From positions 1,576 through 65,575 of the forward strand of contig CAKVFH010000002.1 of NCBI GenBank assembly GCA_934746515.1: a DNA stretch of 64,000 nucleotides, read 5' to 3'. Below are positions 18,651-27,459 of the stretch, one piece after another (within the stretch, counting starts at the first letter, position 1; every line of letters starts with the position of its first letter). The notes beneath the pieces were generated by a model. The model made no database searches and was not told the origin of the DNA. It saw only the letters and a program-made list of their open reading frames with translations. The DNA comes from an uncultured Clostridia bacterium (GTDB taxonomy: Bacteria > Bacillota > Clostridia > Christensenellales > UBA1242). The translations under genes and the position numbers were made by a program.

Positions 18651-19466
18651 CTATCCTTCTTGCTTTTTTATAATACAATCATTTCCGTCAGAAATAATGA
18701 TAACCTTTTTTGATAAATCAATATTTTTAAGACTATCATCTGTTCCGGTGTAAACAATCGTTGCTTTGTATGCCTTGGTTTTCAAGTTGCTTGAACCAAT
18801 GATTTCAATTTCACAACCTGCTTCATAGTTTATGTCGCCAGACTTCATTGTTAATGTGAATGTGTCAGAAGTTTTGTTATAATCAATCGCACTCACTACA
18901 AAATAATCTTTCGTTTTTCCGTAAACACCAGCAGTTATTTCGTTCAGTTTTTGAAGTTCTGCACTGTTATTTAAAAAGTCACCAACATAAGTTTTTTCTG
19001 AAATGTATTTAACTTCAACTGTTTTTGTTTGCATGCTTTTTGATTCAAGTTCAGCCGTTGTTAAACATTCCAAAACTTTAAATTCATCATCTAAAACATA
19101 CCATTTGTCGCTTGACTCGGAATCATGAATTCTATATTTTGGTATACGCTCTGAAATATAGATGCAAACCTTGTTTGGAAACTTTCTCAAAACCTGCTGA
19201 ACCTTAACATACGGATTATTTTTTTCAATTTTGGCAACATTTGATTTCGTGTTTATGAAAAGTACAGACTTTTTATAGTCAAACTCTGCGCTTTCTTTAA
19301 CCTTATCTAAAATGCCTGTTTCAAGCCTTGTTTCGTCTTGAGCAAGTCTTGTTCTAAACTCAACACTAACACTGCCAAGTTTTGTTAAAAGATACACACC
19401 ACCAACAATAACAAACAAACTTGCCAGCACCGACACCAAAACTATCCAAAATTTTTTCCTTTTCAT
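18651..19466 (-). CDS. divIB: cell division protein DivIB/FtsQ-like
   Basis: 271 aa with a single N-terminal TM helix (FWIVLVSVLASLFVIVGGVYLL) and an extracellular domain including the ..VKVQQVLRKFPNKVCIYISER POTRA-like segment. The call is mainly positional (upstream of ftsA). Confidence 0.6.
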   Translation of the reverse strand: MKRKKFWIVLVSVLASLFVIVGGVYLLTKLGSVSVEFRTRLAQDETRLETGILDKVKESAEFDYKKSVLFINTKSNVAKIEKNNPYVKVQQVLRKFPNKVCIYISERIPKYRIHDSESSDKWYVLDDEFKVLECLTTAELESKSMQTKTVEVKYISEKTYVGDFLNNSAELQKLNEITAGVYGKTKDYFVVSAIDYNKTSDTFTLTMKSGDINYEAGCEIEIIGSSNLKTKAYKATIVYTGTDDSLKNIDLSKKVIIISDGNDCIIKKQEG

Positions 19467-19472
19467 TTGATA

Positions 19473-20723
19473 TTATTCTACCTTTTCTATATTTGCTCCT
19501 AGACTCTTTAATTTTTCATCGAAGTTATAATAACCCCTTTCAATGTGAAAAATTTCATCAACTTCAGTTTTGCCTTTTGCAACAAGACCAGCAAGCACAA
19601 GCCCCGCACCGCCACGAAGATCCGGACATTTCACTTTTGCAGGCTTAAGTTTTGATACACCCACAACAGTCGCGTAACACTCACTAACATTGATTTTTGC
19701 GCCCATTTTCAAAAGTTCTTGAACAACTTTAAACCTTGCTTCAAAAACGGTTTCATGAATAATTGATGTGCCTTTTGATATTGTTTGCATAACCAAAACC
19801 AGCGATTGCAAATCTGTTGGAAACCTTGGAAATGTTCCCGTTTCAACTTTTCCGATTGATTTTAGTCTAGAAAAATTTTCTAGCATTATTCTATCACTAA
19901 ACAAATCAATCTTGCAACCAGAATTACGCAAAAAAACTATTAGTGGCAATAAAAATTTTGGGTCAATTCCTTCAACTTCAATTTTTCCGCCACACATCGC
20001 GCCAGCCACTAAAAATGTGCCTGCCATAATCCTGTCACCGATACACTTAAAATTAGTGCCATGCAGTTTTTTAACGCCATAAATCACAATAGTTTCATAG
20101 CCAGCACCAAAAATTTTTCCGCCCATTGAATTGATAAATTTCGCAAGATCAACAATCTCTGGTTCTCTGGCACAGTTTTTTATAACAGTGATTTCTCCGT
20201 CTGAAAGCACCGCCGACATCATGATATTTTCTGTTGCACCAACACTCGGAAACGAAAGCTCAACTTCCCCACAAATAGGTTTTGAAGCATCTGAATAAAT
20301 CAAATCGTTTGCATAAGAAAATCTAACGCCAAGATTTTTAAGCCCCGCAATATGAATATCGATTGGTCTTTTCCCGATATCACAACCGCCCGGAGATGTG
20401 AAAATGGCTTTTCTATATCTCGCCAAAATTGGTCCCAACATAAAGATGCTGGACCTTAATGTTTTAGTTTCCGCCATAATAACTGAAGTGCTATTAAGCG
20501 AACCAGATATTATTAAATTATTATCGGAAATGTTGACCGTTTTGCCAAGTTTTTTTAGTATCGCCGACATTTCAATAACATCCAAATACATTGGAATGTC
20601 TCTTATAACACACTCTTCATCGCACATAATCGTTGCCGCAATAATTGGAAGTATTGCATTTTTTGCTAAATCAGCCTGAATTTTTCCAAAAAGTTTATTT
20701 CCACCATTAACTAAATATTTCAT
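19473..20723 (-). CDS. murA: UDP-N-acetylglucosamine 1-carboxyvinyltransferase
   Basis: 416 aa with the active-site Cys loop SPGGCDIGKRPIDIHI and the typical N-terminal G..L.G.I....AKNA and C-terminal IERGY motifs. Confidence 0.92.
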   Translation of the reverse strand: MKYLVNGGNKLFGKIQADLAKNAILPIIAATIMCDEECVIRDIPMYLDVIEMSAILKKLGKTVNISDNNLIISGSLNSTSVIMAETKTLRSSIFMLGPILARYRKAIFTSPGGCDIGKRPIDIHIAGLKNLGVRFSYANDLIYSDASKPICGEVELSFPSVGATENIMMSAVLSDGEITVIKNCAREPEIVDLAKFINSMGGKIFGAGYETIVIYGVKKLHGTNFKCIGDRIMAGTFLVAGAMCGGKIEVEGIDPKFLLPLIVFLRNSGCKIDLFSDRIMLENFSRLKSIGKVETGTFPRFPTDLQSLVLVMQTISKGTSIIHETVFEARFKVVQELLKMGAKINVSECYATVVGVSKLKPAKVKCPDLRGGAGLVLAGLVAKGKTEVDEIFHIERGYYNFDEKLKSLGANIEKVE

Positions 20724-20919
20724 AATTCACCTACTAATTAGATTATTCAAACAAACAAAAAAAGTTGAGTGCCCCCAACCTTTTTGTTTTTATGAATTTA
20801 GTAGATTTTTTTACTTATAATTTTGGACTAAAAATTTTTTCTTACACCAACTTTTTGAAATAAAAATTTATGTCCAATTGTTCATTTTGTGTGTATCATC
20901 TTTTGTAAATCAAAATAGT

Positions 20920-21789
20920 TTACAATTTTTTTCTTTCTTCCTTTGCAATAAAGAAAACAGCCAAAGTTCCAGGTCCAGAGTGACAACCAATAACAGGGCC
21001 CAAATGTGTTATAACAGGTTTAAGTGATGTTGTAGCTTCAATCTTTTCCTTTAACATAAGAGCATCTTGCAAACAGTTTGCGTGCGAAATAAAGCAATAA
21101 GAATAGTTTCCGTCAAAAGTTTTTTCAACCAAACTTGCAATTGATGAAATTGATTTCTTTCTTGAAATAACCTTATGCATAACTTCAAGTGTTCCAATAG
21201 TGCTCATTTGCATAACTGGTTTAATATTTAAAAGGTTTCCAAAGAAAGCTTTTTTCGAATCAATTCTTCCACCATTTGCAAGATAAGTAAGCGAGTCAAC
21301 AGTGAAAAAGTGCATGATTTTTAGCTTAACACTTTCAACAAACGCAACAAGCTCACCAATATCATCACATTTATTTGCATAATCTCTTGCAATAACACCC
21401 AAAAGTCCATGTCCTGAACAAGCGCAAAGTGAATCAACAATATAAATTTTGTTATCATGTTTTTTATTAAGTTCTTCTGCAACTTGCTTTGCAACTGCAC
21501 CAGTTCCACTCAATCCGCTTGAAAAAGCAATATGCAAAATGGGTTTGTTTTGTTTCAAAAGCTTTTCAAAATATTTTTCATAATTAAACGCATTGATTTG
21601 AGAAGTTCCAGTCTTTTTCTTTTGAATCATTTTTTCGTAAAGTTTAGACGAAACCACACCGTCGTTTTGTGTGCTAAACTGCTCACCATCAACTTCAAAG
21701 TCCATATCAATAATAGATAAATTATATTTTTCAATTTGTTCATTTTCAAGATCGCATGTTGCTTCCAATGAAATAATAACATCCAACAT
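20920..21789 (-). CDS. DegV-family fatty-acid-binding protein
   Basis: 289 aa with the GTSQINAFNYEKYF..HIAFSSGLSGTG pattern typical of DegV. The ATG follows GGAGGG. Confidence 0.85.
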   Translation of the reverse strand: MLDVIISLEATCDLENEQIEKYNLSIIDMDFEVDGEQFSTQNDGVVSSKLYEKMIQKKKTGTSQINAFNYEKYFEKLLKQNKPILHIAFSSGLSGTGAVAKQVAEELNKKHDNKIYIVDSLCACSGHGLLGVIARDYANKCDDIGELVAFVESVKLKIMHFFTVDSLTYLANGGRIDSKKAFFGNLLNIKPVMQMSTIGTLEVMHKVISRKKSISSIASLVEKTFDGNYSYCFISHANCLQDALMLKEKIEATTSLKPVITHLGPVIGCHSGPGTLAVFFIAKEERKKL

Positions 21790-21932
21790 AAATTTCCCTC
21801 CAAGTACAAATCTATTATATCTTTGAAGAACAAAAAAGTTGCTCTATTATATCAAAACACACTATACTAAAATAATTCTCACTATACCGACAAGAAATTA
21901 CACTCCACTCACAGTAGAATGCCGATTTTTTA

Positions 21933-21967
21933 TTGACAATATCTGTCAAATTCATATAATTATAACT
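21933..21967 (+). promoter_or_regulatory. sigma-A promoter giving a probably leaderless mRNA, with an inverted-repeat operator over the -35
   Basis: TTGACA (21933-21938), then 16 nt, then TATAAT (21955-21960), then 7 nt to the ATG at 21968; there is no SD. TTGACA-ATATC-TGTCAA forms a 6+6 inverted repeat covering the -35. Confidence 0.55.
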
Positions 21968-22570
21968 ATGAATAACTTAGAAAAAACATTTTCAAACAAC
22001 TTAACAAAGTATAGAACTTTAATGGGATTAAAACAATCAGAACTTGCAAAAATGATCAATTATTCCGATAAATCTATCTCGAAATGGGAGCGTGGCGAAG
22101 GTCTTCCAGATCTAAAAGCAACAATAAAACTTTGCGAAATTTTCGGAATAACCGTTGACGATATGTTAAAAGAAAACGACGACCATGACAAAAAAATCAC
22201 AAAAACTATCGTGGTTAAAAATAAAAAGCATACTTTGGTTAGCATCCTTTCAGCAAGTCTTGTTTGGTTTGTTGCAACAATTGTCTATATTTCACTTTTA
22301 ATTACACAAACACCAGGAAATATTTGGCTTACATTTATTTATGCAATACCAGTCAGCTCAATCGTTTTGCTAGTTTTCAGTTCAATTTGGGGCAACAATG
22401 TTCACCAAGCAATTTGCGTTTCTTGCATATTATGGGGCATAATTTTATCAATCGCCTTTTCAATTTCAACTAGACTAATTTGGTTTATTGCAGTCATTGG
22501 TGCAGTCTTCCAAATCATGATTATTCTTTGGTTCATCTTGAAAAAGTTGAGAGCAAAAAAATCATTATAA
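21968..22570 (+). CDS. XRE-family HTH regulator fused to a 4-TM membrane domain
   Basis: It has an HTH_3-type N-terminus (LTKYRTLMGLKQSELAKMINYSDKSISKWERGEGLPD) and then four hydrophobic helices. The ORF-track start at 21839 is TTG and runs across the promoter, so I trimmed it to the ATG at 21968. Confidence 0.8.
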   Translation: MNNLEKTFSNNLTKYRTLMGLKQSELAKMINYSDKSISKWERGEGLPDLKATIKLCEIFGITVDDMLKENDDHDKKITKTIVVKNKKHTLVSILSASLVWFVATIVYISLLITQTPGNIWLTFIYAIPVSSIVLLVFSSIWGNNVHQAICVSCILWGIILSIAFSISTRLIWFIAVIGAVFQIMIILWFILKKLRAKKSL

Positions 22571-22593
22571 TTTTTTCACACAAACACAAAATA

Positions 22594-22656
22594 AAAACAC
22601 AGACTATAAGAATCATACCTGTTTAAGGTTTTCTTAAATCTGTGTTTTATTTTTTA
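22594..22656. terminator. bidirectional compound terminator between convergent genes
   Basis: The outer stem is AAAACACAGA/TCTGTGTTTT (10 bp, perfect), with nested TAAGAA/TTCTTA and ACCT/AGGT stems. T-runs follow on both strands. Confidence 0.7.
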
Positions 22657-22674
22657 TAAAATTACTCAAATTCT

Positions 22675-23196
22675 TTATACGTTATCTTTTCCAATTAAAA
22701 TCTCAAAATAGTCTTTAAGTGAATCATTCTCACTTCTACCGTCGTAAATTCCACCAATTTCTTTTTCAATCTCAACAACTTTTCCGTCAATCATCATCTT
22801 GTAGCCATCATCATCTCGAAGTTCGTCAATCCATTTCGCATCTTTATAATATTGCAATAAAATTCCAAATACACCAACAATTCCGGAAAAATATCCAAAT
22901 TCAGTTTTTTTGTCAATTTGCTCGCTTGAGACCGCTTGTTTAAGTTTTTGCATAATCGCATCCAAGTTTTCAAGCTCGCTTTTTTCGATTTTTTCAAGAA
23001 TATTAAAAGTCTCTCTCGCCCATTTAACAAAATCAACACCATAAACCAAACATCTTGTTTCAACAAAGTTTAATTTATCTTTCTTCCCAGTCGTTATGAG
23101 TTTGTATCCTTCATCTGCTCTTTTCTCAAGTTCCTCAAAATCCAATGTCGGTTTTTTAGTTTCCTTTTTCTTTTTTAAAGCATCAAATAATCCCAT
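22675..23196 (-). CDS. hypothetical soluble protein, last gene of the HExxH-protein operon
   Basis: 173 aa from the ATG at 23196, behind GGAGAAG (the ORF-track first codon is TTG). I recognise no motif and see no TM segment. Confidence 0.5.
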   Translation of the reverse strand: MGLFDALKKKKETKKPTLDFEELEKRADEGYKLITTGKKDKLNFVETRCLVYGVDFVKWARETFNILEKIEKSELENLDAIMQKLKQAVSSEQIDKKTEFGYFSGIVGVFGILLQYYKDAKWIDELRDDDGYKMMIDGKVVEIEKEIGGIYDGRSENDSLKDYFEILIGKDNV

Positions 23197-23215
23197 CAAC
23201 TTCTCCAGTTATTTC

Positions 23216-23359
23216 TTACTTTATTTTTAAAATCTTTTGCATGATTCTATCAACCAATTCATCATCTTTTGTTGACTGTATTTCACTTTTTGAAACTGAC
23301 TCAACCTTTGTTTTATCGTCACTATCAATAACCACATTTATGTTATCGTTTTCAACCAT
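23216..23359 (-). CDS. small acidic hypothetical protein (47 aa)
   Basis: The ORF fills the gap between two operon genes, and the ATG at 23359 lies 7 nt after AAGGA. Support is weak, resting on size and position only. Confidence 0.3.
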   Translation of the reverse strand: MVENDNINVVIDSDDKTKVESVSKSEIQSTKDDELVDRIMQKILKIK

Positions 23360-23372
23360 TTTCATATCCTTT

Positions 23373-25370
23373 TTAAAGTGAATTTTCCGCTCTGTCAATT
23401 TGTTTTCCAACAGTATTTTCAAATTGCTTTGCAACACCACTCAAGTTTGTGGTTTTTTGAGACTTCAAACCAAGATCGTTTACTTTTGCAAGCAATTTAG
23501 CAAGCCCCACTTGCTGAGCGCTTGACAAATTAACACTTTCACCGTCTTTTGTGTAAACACCAGACCCCAAAATATAAGCCAGTTTTCTTACCGCTCTTTT
23601 ATTGGCCTTCAATTCTTTTATTTCATCACTTGAAAACTCTGTTGATTCAATCATAGCGATTTCAGAATCAGACATTTCCAAATTATCTGAAATGCTACCG
23701 CTTTTCATATCAATATATTTCAGCATTTTATCGTTAATTCTTTTAAATTCTCCATTGTCTTTATCGCTATCGCTAGCTGAATTGTCACCATAGAAATTCA
23801 CCATATATTTCGAAAATAACGACATAATTTTCTTGTCTTGTGTGTCGGAAGCCAAAGAAACCTTACCAAAAATGCCCTTTGAAATTCTTTTTTCATTGGA
23901 CTTTAAAAGACCATCAATTTCTCCAGCATACATTTGATATCTTTCATCTTGTTTTATAGAATTTTTAATGGTTTCAAAACTTTCTTTATCTATTTGCCCA
24001 GACTCTAAAAGTTCCATCTTCCTTTCAATCTTAACTTGTGAGAATAGTGCTTTATTGAAAACTTCTCCGTTTTTTCCCAGTTTTTTAGCGATTTTTTGAT
24101 AAGACATAATTGAATTCATTGAAAAATCTGAATAATCAGAAAATGTAATCAAAGACTTCGCAGTTAAAGCATCTATTTTTAATTTTTCACCTATAAGCTG
24201 TTCAAATTGTTCAGGCTTTAATATCTTTGAATAATCATTAAAAGCATACGCATATTTTGAATTAAGATTTTTTCCAGCATACTCTTTTTCGTTCAAACAA
24301 TTCATAGTAAAATTAGAAACATCTTCCTTGTTTCTCTTAAAGTCAACATCATTACTAATTGAATTTGTTAAAACGTTAATAAGCCTGTTATAACCATTAA
24401 ATATCGCATTTTTAAGCAAAGCTTTTTTCTGTTCAAGAGTTTTTGTTCTAACCAAAAATGCAAGAGCTTTAGAGTATTCATAAGTATTTAATTCCTTTAA
24501 AGCACCATTTTTAGATTCCACTTTTTCAACAATATCCAAAATTGTTTTTTCATCAGCAGTATAAATTTGGGCAAAATCGTTCATGAGATTTTTATTGAAA
24601 TCCGTAAACCTTTTATCTTTATCCATAACATAATTTTGTTTTAATTTTTCTCTAGTTAGAAACCAACTTGAAATTTCATCTTTCTTTTTGCTAAAAAAGT
24701 TAAAAAAACTAAATAACCCACCACTCACTGGAGAGCCATTTTTTTCAAGATCATTCAACACCGACACCGAAAATGATGCACCTTCTTTTCTTGCATCGCT
24801 TTCAGATAAAATCGTGCTATATGAAGCAAAACTTACATCAGCATAATAATCATCAAGTGAACTATATCCTTTTGGGATTTCATTATCTTTTAGATATGGA
24901 GAGAGCAAATCATGCAAAACCTTAACATCTTCTTCTCTCAATTTAAAATAATTTTTGTATGCATCAACTGATTTCTTCGATTCCGAATCTATATCAGATT
25001 GTTCTTCTACAGACATTTTATCATATTCTATCAAATGCGAATTTTGATCATAATGCTCCATTTCATGTCCAAGAGTGTTAATCAAATCACCAATTCTTGC
25101 AGTTTTTCTGACCAAAACATCATCCAAAAACGACTCATTAACTTCAATGAAATTTTCATTACAATACTGTGCATGTGTGTATTTTTCCAATTCTGCAAAC
25201 TTTAGTTCAGGAATCGCAAGCGAACAATCTGCATGTCTTTTTTCATGACAATAATTAACCATAAGCCCGCAAAACTCTTTTAACTGCTCTTTAGTCATTG
25301 TATTTTGTTCATACATCTTTATATAAGATTTAATTTTTTCAAGATATTCTTTATTTCTCTGTTCTTCCAC
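23373..25370 (-). CDS. large hypothetical protein with N-terminal HExxH (zincin-like) motif
   Basis: 665 aa; a GTG start lies 7 nt after AAGGGGG. The motif is LINTLGHEMEHYDQN (HEMEH at 25053-25067). The rest is helical-looking and K/E/N-rich, with no signal peptide or TM segment. Confidence 0.65.
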   Translation of the reverse strand: MEEQRNKEYLEKIKSYIKMYEQNTMTKEQLKEFCGLMVNYCHEKRHADCSLAIPELKFAELEKYTHAQYCNENFIEVNESFLDDVLVRKTARIGDLINTLGHEMEHYDQNSHLIEYDKMSVEEQSDIDSESKKSVDAYKNYFKLREEDVKVLHDLLSPYLKDNEIPKGYSSLDDYYADVSFASYSTILSESDARKEGASFSVSVLNDLEKNGSPVSGGLFSFFNFFSKKKDEISSWFLTREKLKQNYVMDKDKRFTDFNKNLMNDFAQIYTADEKTILDIVEKVESKNGALKELNTYEYSKALAFLVRTKTLEQKKALLKNAIFNGYNRLINVLTNSISNDVDFKRNKEDVSNFTMNCLNEKEYAGKNLNSKYAYAFNDYSKILKPEQFEQLIGEKLKIDALTAKSLITFSDYSDFSMNSIMSYQKIAKKLGKNGEVFNKALFSQVKIERKMELLESGQIDKESFETIKNSIKQDERYQMYAGEIDGLLKSNEKRISKGIFGKVSLASDTQDKKIMSLFSKYMVNFYGDNSASDSDKDNGEFKRINDKMLKYIDMKSGSISDNLEMSDSEIAMIESTEFSSDEIKELKANKRAVRKLAYILGSGVYTKDGESVNLSSAQQVGLAKLLAKVNDLGLKSQKTTNLSGVAKQFENTVGKQIDRAENSL

Positions 25371-25542
25371 TTGTTTGCCCCCTTGTTATAATTACATAAT
25401 AGCATAACATCTATTTAAAATCAATCTGAAATCATTTTATTGCAATAATTTATATGATTATCTTGAGATTATTTCAAACAAAAACATTGCAGTTTAACAA
25501 ACATTTTGTAAACACTTTTAAAAATTTTTTATAAAATCATAG

Positions 25543-25989
25543 TTATTTTTTATATTTTTTCACAAACAAAAAGTGAGATTGTGTTTCATCAAAAACAACA
25601 AAGCCAAGTCTCTTGTATAAATTTTGCGCAGGGTTTGACTTAAAACATCTCAAAACAATGTCTTGACTTTTATGTTTTTCTATAGCCTTTGTCAAAATAT
25701 CCGTTCCAATTCCCTTACCCCTAAAATCCGGTTTTAAACAAATATTATTTGGTCTATAACAATCCGAACTATTTTCACCTTCACTAAAAAAGCCAACTCT
25801 TTCACCACTTACTAAAATAATATAAGAATGAGCCGCATCTTGAACCATTAGTTTTGCAAACATTTCTCGCTGTGTTTTTTCCACCCAACCGCCATAGTAT
25901 TCATCTACATATTTTTGATAGCATAATTTTTTAACTTCATAAACAAATTCATAGTCTGAATCTTCATATTTTCTTAATTCATACTGCAT
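25543..25989 (-). CDS. GNAT-family N-acetyltransferase
   Basis: 148 aa with the acetyl-CoA-binding motif region FRGKGIGTDILTKAIE..; the ATG follows AAGGAG. Confidence 0.85.
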   Translation of the reverse strand: MQYELRKYEDSDYEFVYEVKKLCYQKYVDEYYGGWVEKTQREMFAKLMVQDAAHSYIILVSGERVGFFSEGENSSDCYRPNNICLKPDFRGKGIGTDILTKAIEKHKSQDIVLRCFKSNPAQNLYKRLGFVVFDETQSHFLFVKKYKK

Positions 25990-26343
25990 ATTTTTCGCTC
26001 CTTATTAAAATAGCCAACAAAAATTTGAACACCTTAAAATCTAATTTTACAAACTTTTACTCCAATTATTAGTTTTATGTTTTTATATCTCACAATTTCA
26101 TGCTTTTAAATATTAGCTTGTTTTGTCTCCAAAAAAATCTTTCCAGCCAGTTATCATAGCTTGTAGTGTTAATGTTTTATACACCATTCCAAACAATTTC
26201 CAAAATCCGTATTATATTCTTCTATAAAATATAATACAATAATTCATCAATTTTTCAAAATAAAAAACAGAGTTTCATAGCCCTGTCTTTAATATAGAAA
26301 AAAATTCAAATCGCCTTAAACTAGCTAAAAATAAAACCTTTAA

Positions 26344-27459
26344 TTACACCACACTTTGTTTATGCACATTTTGAACAATTCCAAGCATTGCCATAAAAAT
26401 CATAATTGATGTTGAACCGGCAGAAATAAACGGAAGCGGAAGTCCCGTTGGCGGAACCAGTCCTGTCACAACCGCGATGTTGAGTAGCACTTGAATTAAA
26501 ATTAGCGAACCAATGCCCGCGGAAAGAAGTGCACCAAAACGGTCTGGAGCTTTCTTTGAAATTTTTATGATGATTAAAAATAAGATTAGAAACAGTCCAA
26601 TGATTGCAAGTGAACCAACAAAACCTGTTTCTTCTGCAATGATTGAGAAAATAAAATCCGATTCCGAAAATGGCAAGAACAAATATTTTTGCCTAGATTT
26701 AAAAACACCTGTTCCAAACGCACCGCCCAGAGCAATGCCCAAAATTGATTGAACAAGTTGGAACCCTTCACCTTTACTAGAAGCAAATGGATCAACAAAC
26801 GCAACAAGCCTTCTAAGTCTGTATGGCTCAACCATAATCAGTAAAACAACAACAGCCAAAGCAGGCACAATCATTAAAAGAAAATGTTTTGCTCTTGCAC
26901 CACCCAAAAACAACATAACAACCATAAGCGAAGCCATGCAGATTGTGATTGACATATTTGGTTCCATAATGATTAACGCACAGTAAAGCACCCCAACAAT
27001 TAAAACAGGAAGAATTCCTTTGAATGATTTTACATTTTCACTTCTTTTGGAAAGAACACTTGCTGAAAAAACAATGAATGCAAGTTTTGCAATTTCAGAT
27101 GGCTGAAAAGTTAAAACACGCAAATTGATCCATCTAGTTGCGCCGTAGTTTGTGAGTCCAATTCCAGGAACAAAAACCAAGGCAAGCAAAATATACGACA
27201 CTATCAAAAATATCATTTTCACTTTTCCAAGTTTATGATAATCAAAAAAAGAAAAGAAAACAAAAAATATCAAACCGGCAATAATTCCAAAAAGTTGCTT
27301 TTTTAAAAAGAAAAATTTATTGCCATAAGTTATTTGTGCAGAATAAAAACTTGCGCTATAAACAAAAACACACCCAACAGTCAAAAGCACAAGCATTATA
27401 AAAAATAAATAAAAATTAAACTTTGATTTCTTCTTTAAATTCAGAGACAGAACTTTCAT
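26344..27459 (-). CDS. ftsW: SEDS-family peptidoglycan polymerase (FtsW/SpoVE position of the dcw cluster)
   Basis: 371-aa polytopic protein with the PFSESDFIFSIIAEETGF motif and GLPLPFISAGSTS near the C-terminus. Its ATG overlaps the murD end by 44 nt. Confidence 0.9.
   Translation of the reverse strand: MKVLSLNLKKKSKFNFYLFFIMLVLLTVGCVFVYSASFYSAQITYGNKFFFLKKQLFGIIAGLIFFVFFSFFDYHKLGKVKMIFLIVSYILLALVFVPGIGLTNYGATRWINLRVLTFQPSEIAKLAFIVFSASVLSKRSENVKSFKGILPVLIVGVLYCALIIMEPNMSITICMASLMVVMLFLGGARAKHFLLMIVPALAVVVLLIMVEPYRLRRLVAFVDPFASSKGEGFQLVQSILGIALGGAFGTGVFKSRQKYLFLPFSESDFIFSIIAEETGFVGSLAIIGLFLILFLIIIKISKKAPDRFGALLSAGIGSLILIQVLLNIAVVTGLVPPTGLPLPFISAGSTSIMIFMAMLGIVQNVHKQSVV

Noticed and set aside
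21839-25989. Calling the XRE / HExxH / GNAT islet a mobile element.
   Set aside because: There is no integrase, transposase, recombinase or flanking repeat, and no obvious compositional shift by eye. I describe it only as an accessory-looking interruption of the dcw cluster.
27416-27459. The 44-nt overlap between the murD end and the ftsW start, as a possible frameshift or pseudogene signal.
   Set aside because: Both ORFs are full length with intact family motifs, and the ftsW ATG at 27459 is needed to keep its first TM helix. Overlapping starts are common in dcw operons.
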